Below, one piece after another: positions 27,861-36,979 of a stretch of 64,000 bases of DNA. Source of the DNA: a virus; the IMG/VR virus record IMGVR_UViG_3300036985_008365, positions 3,669 to 67,668 of that record; one strand, 5' to 3'. The notes beneath the pieces are model-generated. The model was not told where the DNA came from. It made no database searches and saw nothing but the letters and a program-made list of their open reading frames with translations. Numbering within the stretch: the first letter of the stretch is position 1; each line of letters begins with the position of its first letter. A program made the position numbers and the translations under genes.

Positions 27861-30232
27861 TGACGTTACCCGCTCAAAAATTTGCAAATACTTTTCGGAC
27901 TATAAACGGTTTAATAAACATCGTTTATGATAGCGACGTTATTTTGCTTTGTGATACAAGTTTGGGCGCTGTTTCAGTCGATTTAGCAGAAATACCCGCT
28001 GACTTATGGAACACAGTATACAAATTATACGTTATTGATAAAAGCAACAATGCGAGCGTTAACAACATAACGATAAAAGCCCCTATAGGCTATACGGTTA
28101 ACAACGCGAGTACATTTGTTGTAAATGTTAATGGAGGTTCAGCAATTGTTAGAATTGTTTCTAACACGGCTTATGTAGCCGAGACCAATTACGGTTTTCC
28201 TTCAGGAATAATTGTAAAAGATGAGGGCGTTGTTATTGCTACTTCTACTACAAGCATGAACTTTGTTGGCGCGGGAGTAACGGCAACAGCGGTAGGAAGT
28301 GCCGTAACGGTTAACATAGCGGGCGCTTCGATAACTCCTACAACCTTTGCTAATTTAACAACTTTAATTTCAGGGAACACAGTAATTGCGGGTCAGTTTT
28401 ATTTAGTCACAGACGCAATTTTTACCAATACGGTACTTGAAAACGTCCCAATAGTAGTTCAAGGCATTACAACAAATTCTGTATCTCTTTCAGGTAGCGG
28501 AATATTTCTAAACGCTGATTATCAATTGGTCGGAAACTATTCGGGTGTTTCAGGTTTTGTTTCAAACCTCGGTGTTTGGCAGTCAACTCTTGTCCCCGTT
28601 ATTGGGAGCGTCGTTATGTGGGATAACTTACAATACGTAAATACAACGGGTTTAAATGGAATAAGCAACCCTTCTTTAGACGCGGTAAATTGGACAGTTT
28701 TAACAAAGTCAACCACAAACGGATATATACAAGAAATTGATGAGGTAACGTACAACGTTAGTAACAATCAAATATTGACCCGTGCGGATAAAAGGCACAA
28801 TTTTATTGAAAACAACTTAAACAATTTAGCACCCTTAAATGAAGCATTTTTACTTTTTCAATGGGGGAACAATCAAGTGGCAGACAACAAGGTGGAGGCT
28901 AACTCAATTTTTGAGTGTTGGAACAATTACGTAATAGGAAACCCCGTCGGCATACCTTCTATTGAGGGTAACTATTTACATGAGTCGAAACTTTCCCTAC
29001 TGAAAAATTTTGGTAAAATTCAGAAAAATTTGTTATCAGCAAATACTTCGGTGCTTATTATTGAAAGTCAGGTTGACGTTCTTTTTGCATCAAATATTTT
29101 TGAGCAAGACGTTAACTCTAATTTTACTTTGAAAGACCAAAGTGTATTCAGGAATAATAAAATTTCACAAAAAGTTGCATTGACAGTAATAGGAGGTTCA
29201 ACAGCGTCGTTTTTATTAAACGATTTACGACATTCAACTGTTACTGTCAACAATCAGGGCGGGACTTTTGACTCTAATTTAATTACACACGGCGGACTTT
29301 CAATTTCAAATTTAACGAATGATTGTTCGTCTAACGTTATAAACAAAGGACTCATTATTATAACAAATTTATCAGGGATTTTTTATTCTAATTACCTTTC
29401 TAACTGTTCGGTAACGCTTGGTACTATCATCGGGGAAATTTCAACTAACAGAGTAGAACAAAATTCGACTCTTACAATAACAAACTGCGGTGCTGAAGGC
29501 TCTTTTCGTGAGAATATTTTGGACACGAAATCAAATGTTTCAATTACCAATCTTGACGGACTTTTTGGATTATCCGCAAAAGGTTTTGGAAATAAAATAT
29601 CTGCCTCAATAATTGAAATTGGCACTATCGTAATAATTTGCGAGTTTTCAACCAATGTAATTGAGCAAGACTCATTTGTGGTATTTACTTCTTTGAGTGC
29701 ACCTTCGGGTCAGGTCGTAAATAATACCTTGAAAAACGCTGTTATAAACGTTGGCATAAATTCATTAGAAATTTCGGGCTGTGAGTTTTTTAATACCACA
29801 TGGCAAGGCGGTCTACCCAACTCTCAAGTTTTATTTGGAGGGAGCACGACCTCATATATAAACACGATACGCTACTCAATAGACATGAGCGACCCTACCG
29901 TATACGACCTACCCACTCAAACATTGATTATTCCTTTAAATTTACGGACTTGGGTCGGAACTTTTAGGTTATTAAATTCAGCGGGGCTAACTGTTAGTAA
30001 AATCATTGGGCTTAATGTTGCCCACGCAACTTGTTTATTTCCTGATTCGGGAACATTGACTTTTGTTAGCGTTGCTGTAGCGGGTGCTTTAGGAACTGAA
30101 ATTGTGTCGAGCGGAGGAGCAACAAGTTATGCCTTGGTAAATCACACTGTCAATCTTGCGGATAAAATTTACATAACTAAAGACGAGGGTGATATTTTAA
30201 ACCGAGTGTTTTTAATAAACATAATAACGTAG
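27860..30232 (+). CDS. Spike/receptor-binding protein 2, paralogue of the previous gene
   Basis: Near-identical N-terminal about 360 aa and DMSDPTVY C-terminal domain; divergent middle. Confidence 0.7.
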   Translation: MTLPAQKFANTFRTINGLINIVYDSDVILLCDTSLGAVSVDLAEIPADLWNTVYKLYVIDKSNNASVNNITIKAPIGYTVNNASTFVVNVNGGSAIVRIVSNTAYVAETNYGFPSGIIVKDEGVVIATSTTSMNFVGAGVTATAVGSAVTVNIAGASITPTTFANLTTLISGNTVIAGQFYLVTDAIFTNTVLENVPIVVQGITTNSVSLSGSGIFLNADYQLVGNYSGVSGFVSNLGVWQSTLVPVIGSVVMWDNLQYVNTTGLNGISNPSLDAVNWTVLTKSTTNGYIQEIDEVTYNVSNNQILTRADKRHNFIENNLNNLAPLNEAFLLFQWGNNQVADNKVEANSIFECWNNYVIGNPVGIPSIEGNYLHESKLSLLKNFGKIQKNLLSANTSVLIIESQVDVLFASNIFEQDVNSNFTLKDQSVFRNNKISQKVALTVIGGSTASFLLNDLRHSTVTVNNQGGTFDSNLITHGGLSISNLTNDCSSNVINKGLIIITNLSGIFYSNYLSNCSVTLGTIIGEISTNRVEQNSTLTITNCGAEGSFRENILDTKSNVSITNLDGLFGLSAKGFGNKISASIIEIGTIVIICEFSTNVIEQDSFVVFTSLSAPSGQVVNNTLKNAVINVGINSLEISGCEFFNTTWQGGLPNSQVLFGGSTTSYINTIRYSIDMSDPTVYDLPTQTLIIPLNLRTWVGTFRLLNSAGLTVSKIIGLNVAHATCLFPDSGTLTFVSVAVAGALGTEIVSSGGATSYALVNHTVNLADKIYITKDEGDILNRVFLINIIT

Positions 30233-30274
30233 CATTTTTGAATTATAAAAATAAAAAGTTAAATTTACAGTAAT

Positions 30275-30715
30275 ATGAAAGAATTTTTACTTAAAAACAA
30301 AAAAGCAATAGTCTACGGTGCGGTAGTCGTAGGCGGTATTTGGCTGATTAGCAAAATTATTAGAAACCGCAAAGAAGAAAGGGAATTGGCTGAATATATG
30401 AAAAAGCCTCACACCCCGACTTCTGAAAAAAAGCAACTTTCGGATGAGTCTTTAGTAGCAATTGCTAAAAACTTGTTAGACGCAATGAGTGGCTATGGCA
30501 CTTATGAAGACGTCATCTATAGCAATTTCCGTAAACTGAATAACGAAGCGGACTATCAAGCCCTTTTGAAAATATTTGGTATAAAAAAATTAGGCAATTT
30601 TCCTTATTACGCTGAAGGCAATCTGCCTTATTTGTTAAGAACTGAACTGTCTGTTGATGAGGTTGGTTATGTTAACGGTATTTTATCAAGCAAAGGTATT
30701 AAAAGTAGAATTTAA
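30275..30715 (+). CDS. Membrane-anchored annexin-like protein
   Basis: N-terminal TM; IAKNLLDAMSGYGTYEDVI..LRTELS. Confidence 0.65.
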   Translation: MKEFLLKNKKAIVYGAVVVGGIWLISKIIRNRKEERELAEYMKKPHTPTSEKKQLSDESLVAIAKNLLDAMSGYGTYEDVIYSNFRKLNNEADYQALLKIFGIKKLGNFPYYAEGNLPYLLRTELSVDEVGYVNGILSSKGIKSRI

Positions 30716-30728
30716 CAAGTTAAAAAAA

Positions 30729-31253
30729 ATGGTAAGGAAAATAATAGCAAGTAAAATGGCATCAGCGGGTTCAGGAACTATGGGATATATGCAATCAGAT
30801 AACGGTAAAAAAGTAATGCGTTTGGGACTACTTATTGTAGCGGGCGTAGTTGTTTACTATCTTGTAAAAGGGGTTGTAAAAAGGATACCTTCTCGAGAAG
30901 AGGTACAAGCGGGCTCAAATGAGTTGGACGTTCTAAACCAAAACAGCGAAACAAAACAAAAAATAACCAAGCAACAAGCGGAGTCTTTTGCAAACGTTTT
31001 GCACGTTTCTATGGACGGATACGGTACGGACGAAAACGCAATAGTAAATGTTTTTTCCAAGTTAAAAAATAACGCGGACTATCTTGCGGTAAGCAACGCC
31101 TATGACATTCGTGAGGTTAGTAGCGGAAAACTCAATCCCGAGCCTAATTACAAGGGCACAATGGCGGGCGCTTTACATAGTGAATTGAGCAGTTACTACA
31201 CAGCCAAAATAAACTCGATGTTGAGAAGTAAAAAAATCACATATTCAATTTAA
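30729..31253 (+). CDS. Membrane-anchored annexin-like protein
   Basis: Probable start at 30729; FANVLHVSMDGYGTDENAI..LHSELS. Confidence 0.7.
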   Translation: MVRKIIASKMASAGSGTMGYMQSDNGKKVMRLGLLIVAGVVVYYLVKGVVKRIPSREEVQAGSNELDVLNQNSETKQKITKQQAESFANVLHVSMDGYGTDENAIVNVFSKLKNNADYLAVSNAYDIREVSSGKLNPEPNYKGTMAGALHSELSSYYTAKINSMLRSKKITYSI

Positions 31254-31257
31254 AATT

Positions 31258-31383
31258 ATGAAAAAAGGAAATTTAAGTAATTTGGGCGCGTGGCGTGCTC
31301 ATCTTGACAAATGCAGAAAAGCAAACCCAAGTAAGTCACTGAAAGAGTGCATGGTCATCGCTAAAAAAACTTACAAAAAATAA
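31258..31383 (+). CDS. 41-aa basic peptide, putative DNA-condensing core protein (not in ORF track)
   Basis: MKKGNLSNLGAWRAHLDKCRKANPSKSLKECMVIAKKTYKK fills the intergenic gap. Confidence 0.7.
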   Translation: MKKGNLSNLGAWRAHLDKCRKANPSKSLKECMVIAKKTYKK

Positions 31384-31395
31384 CCAAAGACGAAA

Positions 31396-32223
31396 ATGAT
31401 TTCAGGAACATACAATTTACTGTCTACGGACGTATCCCAAAATCCTATTCAGGAACTTTGGTTGGAGTGCGACACGACGCTCGCACCCGTGACTATTAAC
31501 CTATTTGAAATTGCAGAATTGCAACGTCAGTGGTCTATCAAAATTCATATTTCAGACGCTTCTAACAATGCCTCTGCAAATGCAATTACAATAAACGCTT
31601 CGCCGTTGAATTTCTTTGACAACGGTAGCACTTCACAAATTAGCATAAATGGTAACGGCTCTTCGATTATTCTGCAAGTAGCGTCAGAAACGCAGTGGTT
31701 TGCTATTGAAAGTGTTACTACTTTAGAAAGCAAATTTACACTCATAGCGGGCGACCCCTTGTCAGGTGGAGATTCACGTGTTTTCAGTGATTTTCAACCA
31801 ACGTCGGGATTAGTAGAAATACCACCCTTACTAACCCCCTTAAAAGCCTTCGAATATGTTGCTCGCGTTGATTTTGATGGTTCGTCAAATGGATACGCTC
31901 AATACTTGGGTGTTGTTACAGTTGATTTAGGAAGTTTTTTCGGTATAGGCGGAGACGTTAGTACAATTACTTGCAAAGATTCGGCAATTACGGGAGAGAT
32001 AACAAGCCCTTTAACGAATGGCGGTTGGGTTACAAATTCATTAACGGGTCTTATTGAACCATTAACAAACGCCTTAATAAATTATGACAACACTATTGGA
32101 AATCCAAATGAATATTACTTCTTTTTGTTAACGGGTAATCTAAATCCCTTCGAGTGTGTTGTAAATCTTAATTTTACGACGTATACAAATTCAAGTACAG
32201 TTAATTTCAATAGAAACGTGTAA
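31396..32223 (+). CDS. Putative vertex/spike-associated protein
   Basis: LECDTTLAPVTINL domain shared with the spikes. Confidence 0.6.
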   Translation: MISGTYNLLSTDVSQNPIQELWLECDTTLAPVTINLFEIAELQRQWSIKIHISDASNNASANAITINASPLNFFDNGSTSQISINGNGSSIILQVASETQWFAIESVTTLESKFTLIAGDPLSGGDSRVFSDFQPTSGLVEIPPLLTPLKAFEYVARVDFDGSSNGYAQYLGVVTVDLGSFFGIGGDVSTITCKDSAITGEITSPLTNGGWVTNSLTGLIEPLTNALINYDNTIGNPNEYYFFLLTGNLNPFECVVNLNFTTYTNSSTVNFNRNV

Positions 32224-32244
32224 TACACAATAAAATAAAAAATT

Positions 32245-32553
32245 ATGGAAAATTTATTCACGACAGTAGACAAAGAGGGTGAAATACTTCGAACAACGGG
32301 CACTTATGTTATTGGACGCTCAACTAACAAAGAAGTTGTGTCCATATATTCTAATTCTTATAAAGATGGCGTAGCGGAAAACACGGGTGTATTTCAGCAA
32401 AACGACATAATTTATATATACCCAAATGGTTACGTAGGTGGTCAAACGAAAGAGATAGGTAAAGTTTTATTAAATGACAAAGCGATTGCCGACGCTCTTC
32501 AAGCAAAAGAAAATGCGATTAGTTCAAGACTAACCCCACCAAAACCCCAATAA
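32245..32553 (+). CDS. Hypothetical protein
   Basis: 102-aa ORF within the operon. Confidence 0.55.
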   Translation: MENLFTTVDKEGEILRTTGTYVIGRSTNKEVVSIYSNSYKDGVAENTGVFQQNDIIYIYPNGYVGGQTKEIGKVLLNDKAIADALQAKENAISSRLTPPKPQ

Positions 32554-32697
32554 TAAATGATTTCAGGGGTTACTTTTGTGCAAGAGAAGTTAATATAGGA
32601 CATTGCAAAATTTGAAGTAGCAAAAGCAACAGAGTAAAAATCAAGGCACATAATTTTTAACTTGTTAAAAAAAGTGCGTTTTATTGTTTTTTTTTCA

Positions 32698-32705
32698 TAG
32701 ATTTG
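32698..32705 (+). promoter_or_regulatory. Bacteroidota -7 promoter element
   Basis: TAGATTTG upstream of 32786; 14-bp palindrome at 32656-32669. Confidence 0.5.
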
Positions 32706-32785
32706 TTATCACATTCAAGAATTTAGATTCGCTATGAAGCGGGTAAAAAAAAGTAATCAATTTAATAATTTAAAATAAATAAACA

Positions 32786-33406
32786 ATGGCAACAATTTCA
32801 AACACAACTTACAAACTTTGCGCGGTAACGTTCCCCGCACTTTCAGCAACATTTGACCTTTCCCCTCTTGACTTGAATGGAAATGTTTTTGAAAAAATCT
32901 ATCTTGATGTAGACGCTACGGGTGGAGACATTACAATCAATTTACCTGATATTTCGGTATTTGGTAGAATTTTTAACTTCGAATTGGTAGTTAACCGAAT
33001 TGACACATCGCTTAATGCGGTAAAAATTGTATCCTACACGGATTTGGTAATTATACCGAATGTTGTTCAATTTATTGGTTCGGCTGAATTGATTCAAATT
33101 GGCACAGCGTATGAAACTGTAACATTGAGCCCAACAACGGAATTTGGTTGGTCAGCGTCACAAACATCGGGTGCAACCTCTTCACTTCCCGCGCTTGTTG
33201 GTGGATTAGCCCAAGTAACTCTTGCTCTTGCTCAATACGTTGATTCAGCAGTTGGAACAACTTACATTGTTCAGAATTACGACGCTACAACAGACGCTTG
33301 TACAATCGTTAAATTATCTCTTGCAAACGGCGATTATCAAGATTGGTTTGTATTGGCTACTGACAACGCTCTTTCTTCAGGCGCAATTGGTCAAAACCCT
33401 ATCTAA
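32786..33406 (+). CDS. Beta-sandwich structural protein (DxTxGxIxIxLP family)
   Basis: PLDLNGNVF..LDVDATGGDITINLP. Confidence 0.6.
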   Translation: MATISNTTYKLCAVTFPALSATFDLSPLDLNGNVFEKIYLDVDATGGDITINLPDISVFGRIFNFELVVNRIDTSLNAVKIVSYTDLVIIPNVVQFIGSAELIQIGTAYETVTLSPTTEFGWSASQTSGATSSLPALVGGLAQVTLALAQYVDSAVGTTYIVQNYDATTDACTIVKLSLANGDYQDWFVLATDNALSSGAIGQNPI

Positions 33407-33411
33407 TAAAG

Positions 33412-33522
33412 ATGGCAAAACTCGACAATCAAACTAAATTAATGCTGATAGGATATGCGGGCATAGCACTCGCATACACTATTCTTTTTATTGTTAAGTA
33501 TAAGAGTGTCACAAAGTCATAA
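33412..33522 (+). CDS. 36-aa membrane peptide (not in ORF track)
   Basis: MAKLDNQTKLMLIGYAGIALAYTILFIVKYKSVTKS. Confidence 0.65.
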   Translation: MAKLDNQTKLMLIGYAGIALAYTILFIVKYKSVTKS

Positions 33523-33551
33523 AGAATTGAACAATCTAAAAACAAAACAAA

Positions 33552-33659
33552 ATGTTAGATATTAAAGACCCAAACAAATTTTTAGGTGGACAGAATGTTC
33601 ACAATTTAATCATTATTGGTATGTTAGGTTTCCTGATTTACAAAGCGGTAAAGAAGTAA
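33552..33659 (+). CDS. 35-aa membrane peptide, copy 1
   Basis: MLDIKDPNKFLGGQNVHNLIIIGMLGFLIYKAVKK. Confidence 0.85.
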   Translation: MLDIKDPNKFLGGQNVHNLIIIGMLGFLIYKAVKK

Positions 33660-33691
33660 GCAATTAACAACCAAAAAAAAAGCAAATTAAA

Positions 33692-34048
33692 ATGGCAATT
33701 ATCGCAATTCAAGGGGTATCTTACAAGGCACTTGCTCCACTTGCTCCACAAGACTACGCCCTATTTCCTTTTGACCTAAACGGAAACATTTTTGGATTGG
33801 TTACAATCAACGTAGATACTACGGGTGGTAAGGTGAAAATCGCTTTACCTCAAATTTCAACTCTGAAAGATAATTACAATTGTAAAATTGTAATAGTGCG
33901 CACAGCGGGGACAAACGCAGTTACCGTATCAACGAGTGGTACAGATATAATTGGTACTGCGTCTGCGGTTCAATTAAACTTTAACAACCAATCAATTGAA
34001 GTTACGCCCGTAGAGGCAATCAATTGGTACGGAGTAATTACACCGTAA
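33692..34048 (+). CDS. Beta-sandwich structural protein, paralogue of 32786
   Basis: PFDLNGNIF..INVDTTGGKVKIALP. Confidence 0.6.
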   Translation: MAIIAIQGVSYKALAPLAPQDYALFPFDLNGNIFGLVTINVDTTGGKVKIALPQISTLKDNYNCKIVIVRTAGTNAVTVSTSGTDIIGTASAVQLNFNNQSIEVTPVEAINWYGVITP

Positions 34049-34059
34049 AACAAAACAAA

Positions 34060-34167
34060 ATGTTAGACATTAAAGACCCAAACAAATTTCTTGGAGGACA
34101 AAACGTCCACAACCTAATCATTATTGGAATGTTAGGATTTCTAATTTACAAATCAGTTAAAAAATAA
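34060..34167 (+). CDS. 35-aa membrane peptide, copy 2
   Basis: MLDIKDPNKFLGGQNVHNLIIIGMLGFLIYKSVKK. Confidence 0.85.
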   Translation: MLDIKDPNKFLGGQNVHNLIIIGMLGFLIYKSVKK

Positions 34168-34171
34168 AATC

Positions 34172-34390
34172 ATGGCGGGAATTATCAAAAATTCAGTAAC
34201 AAAAGTGACAAACAACCCACTTTTTGCAGTTGCGGGAGCAGTTGCGGGGTTTTACGGTGCTAAAAAAATGAACGTAACCAATGTATACTACAAAATAGGA
34301 TTGGTAGTATTGGGCGGTGTAGTAGGAGCGTTTGCTTCTTCATACGTTAAATCAAGTATGTCAGAGCCGAAAAAAACCTCTGTAAAGTAA
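34172..34390 (+). CDS. Small Gly-rich TM hairpin protein
   Basis: AVAGAVAGFYG..VLGGVVGAF. Confidence 0.65.
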   Translation: MAGIIKNSVTKVTNNPLFAVAGAVAGFYGAKKMNVTNVYYKIGLVVLGGVVGAFASSYVKSSMSEPKKTSVK

Positions 34391-34396
34391 TTTCTT

Positions 34397-35332
34397 ATGA
34401 ACGATAGAACAAAGAAAGTCCTTATTTGGGGCTCGGTAATTACGTTGTTAGGCGTTAGCGGATATTTGGGCTATCGTTTTTTCAAGAATCGTAAAACAGC
34501 GAGAGCCGAAGAGGAAGCGAAGAAACTTGCTGAAGCACAAGCACTTATTGCTCAACAAAACCAAAACCAAAACCAAGGTGGTGGAGGCAACCAAGGTGGC
34601 GGTGGCGGAGCGGTTGTTGACCGTCCTTCTGAAATTGACACTACTGACAAATTAAAGGCATTTCAAAAATGGGTAATAAACACCAAAGGCGACAAAACAA
34701 TACTTGGTAAAGGTGGTGACAGTGGTTTCGGTGACGATGGAATTTGGGGTGCTAACAAGGGTGGCAAGTCTAAAGTGGCGTGGGATAAATACGGTGAGGA
34801 GTTTAAAAAGACTTTGAAGCCCGTCGACACACCAACAAAACCCGTTATAAGCGAAAGTTTGCAAAAAGACATTGACACTGTAGTTGCAATGGGAGTAGGA
34901 GAGAAGGCAAAGCGTGCTTATCTTGAGGGTGGAATAGACGCTCAATCGAAAAAAGATTGGGTATCCTCTTGGGCAAGAGCCTTGAGAGCAAATAAAGCCG
35001 ACCCCGCAAAAGGCACAACATTCGTTTGGAATACGGGCGGTCAAGATTGGGGTCTTTATGAGGCTTACAGCGGTACGAAAGTTTTAGGATTCAACCCTAC
35101 GGACAGAAAACCAAAACCACTTTCGGAGGCTTACTTTTATGAAAAACCTGAAGTTAGTAGTTTTAGTTATGTTCAGGCTACGGGTAACAACGCGGGCACT
35201 GTTAAAGGTTATCAATACAACAACAAAACGAAAAAACTTTGGTTGTACATACCGATTCCTTTGGACAGTAAATTAAGTGACGCTTGGGTTATGGGTACAA
35301 AATGGATACTCGCAAACGAAGTTAAATTTTAG
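34397..35332 (+). CDS. Membrane-anchored protein with peptidoglycan-binding-like motif
   Basis: N-terminal TM; LKAFQKWV..DDGIWGA. Confidence 0.6.
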   Translation: MNDRTKKVLIWGSVITLLGVSGYLGYRFFKNRKTARAEEEAKKLAEAQALIAQQNQNQNQGGGGNQGGGGGAVVDRPSEIDTTDKLKAFQKWVINTKGDKTILGKGGDSGFGDDGIWGANKGGKSKVAWDKYGEEFKKTLKPVDTPTKPVISESLQKDIDTVVAMGVGEKAKRAYLEGGIDAQSKKDWVSSWARALRANKADPAKGTTFVWNTGGQDWGLYEAYSGTKVLGFNPTDRKPKPLSEAYFYEKPEVSSFSYVQATGNNAGTVKGYQYNNKTKKLWLYIPIPLDSKLSDAWVMGTKWILANEVKF

Positions 35333-35335
35333 TGT

Positions 35336-35599
35336 ATGATTTACAAAATATTCTCGCTCTCATATAAGCCCGAATTTGAATATTACAACAAAAACGGTGT
35401 TTGGTATAAGCGCTTAAAAGCGAACCCAACATCGGGTTGGAAAAGAGGTGATGATAACGCACAAAAAGTGCTCAATGAACACTTCAAAAAACAACGACGT
35501 TTCCTTGGTTGGAATTACAACATTGGAGTAAAATTAGTTGCTTTATCAGCGGTAGTTGTAGGCGGGTATTTTGCTTACAAATTTGTGACTAAAAAATAA
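35336..35599 (+). CDS. Tail-anchored small protein
   Basis: C-terminal TM plus KK. Confidence 0.6.
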   Translation: MIYKIFSLSYKPEFEYYNKNGVWYKRLKANPTSGWKRGDDNAQKVLNEHFKKQRRFLGWNYNIGVKLVALSAVVVGGYFAYKFVTKK

Positions 35600-35603
35600 G
35601 GCA

Positions 35604-36341
35604 TTGGGTTTAAAAATCGACATAGTAAAAGCGGTCGCTTTGAGTGGGTATGAGGGCAAGTTCCGAGACTCACTTAAAAGCGTGCTGAAATACATGGAGA
35701 AAGACCCTAAAATTAACAGCATACAGCGAGGGGCTTATTTATTGGCAACAGCCAAAATAGAAGCGGACTACTCTTTACAGCGTTGGGAGGCGGATTACAC
35801 TTGTAAATTACAAGGTTTACCCTATCAAGACAAGCCATGTGAAACGGCTCTTAACTATTACCGCTCTACAGACGGTAAAAAAAATTATTATACCCTTGGC
35901 TTGGACAGTCGAGGGCTACCTTATTTTGGGAGAGGATTGATTCAACTCACGGGTAAGGCAAATTATGAAACTTATGGCAAACTCATAGGGGTTGATTTGG
36001 TAAAAAATCCCGAAGTTGCTTTAGAGCCTGAAACGTCGTACAAAATAGCGTCAACGTATATGGCAAACCGAAAATACCAAGGTAAGACAACTTTTGAATG
36101 GGCTGATTTAGGGAATTTGACATACGCTCGTAAAACAATTAACGCCTCGTCAAAAGGACTTGATGACATACAGCGGACTTTTAATATGTGGGTCAATATT
36201 TTAGGACAAACAGCAAAAGTGGTAACGTCAACAGACGAAGCCCAAAAAAAAAAAATTAGTATAGGCGCTGTAATATCATCATTAATGGTAACAGTCAGTG
36301 TTTATGTTTTAATAACAAACTTCAAAGCGTTCAAGAAATGA
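35604..36341 (+). CDS. GH19 lysozyme-like muramidase with C-terminal TM
   Basis: LLATAKIE; YFGRGLIQLTGKANY; DLVKNPE; ARKTIN. Confidence 0.85.
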   Translation: MGLKIDIVKAVALSGYEGKFRDSLKSVLKYMEKDPKINSIQRGAYLLATAKIEADYSLQRWEADYTCKLQGLPYQDKPCETALNYYRSTDGKKNYYTLGLDSRGLPYFGRGLIQLTGKANYETYGKLIGVDLVKNPEVALEPETSYKIASTYMANRKYQGKTTFEWADLGNLTYARKTINASSKGLDDIQRTFNMWVNILGQTAKVVTSTDEAQKKKISIGAVISSLMVTVSVYVLITNFKAFKK

Positions 36342-36979
36342 GACGAGATACAGAAATGGGAAGAACAGAGAATTTTATCGTTGCTAACGGTATGAGCCAA
36401 CTGTATACGGGTGGTCAAGACGTCAGCCCATACTCGGCTTTTGACGACGTTCTTGGAAATGGTGACAATGACATTGAGTTCAGCGATTTGGCTACGGGCG
36501 CAATGCGTCGCTCACGCCGTAAATTTAAACAAGGTAGTGGTGACGGTGGCGCTGTTTCCTCTCGAAATAGAAAGAAACTAAAAAAAGTTGCGGGTTATTA
36601 CCCTCCCGTTGCGGTGGCAAGGGCTGTAAAGAAAAATCAGCAAAACCGCCAATCAGGACAAAGCGGTGAAAAAGGTAAATCGGGTGGATTTGTGGATAGA
36701 GCAAAAGACAGTATCAAGGGCTACCGAACAAGAAAAACAGAAGAGAACCAAAAAAACGCCGAACAGCAACAGAAAATAATTGACCAAGTTACTAAAAGCA
36801 GTCCGACAGTCGAACAGTTAAATGCCTTAATGGCGAATCCAACAGCGGGCGTTAATACAACCCCTCAAAAAACCCCAATGAGCAAAGGACTTAAAATTGG
36901 TCTTATTGTCGGGGGAATAGTTGTAGCGGGAATAATTGGGTTTGTAGTGTATAAAAAAATTAAAAACAAAGCAAAATGA
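36338..36979 (+). CDS. Tail-anchored basic core-like protein
   Basis: Acidic leader, then RRSRRKFK; PMSKGLKIGLIVGG TM. Confidence 0.65.
   Translation: MRRDTEMGRTENFIVANGMSQLYTGGQDVSPYSAFDDVLGNGDNDIEFSDLATGAMRRSRRKFKQGSGDGGAVSSRNRKKLKKVAGYYPPVAVARAVKKNQQNRQSGQSGEKGKSGGFVDRAKDSIKGYRTRKTEENQKNAEQQQKIIDQVTKSSPTVEQLNALMANPTAGVNTTPQKTPMSKGLKIGLIVGGIVVAGIIGFVVYKKIKNKAK

Noticed and set aside
32558-32640. Short MISGVTFVQEKLI ORF resembling the start of 31396
   Set aside because: Only 13 codons and four shared residues; insufficient to call a pseudogene.
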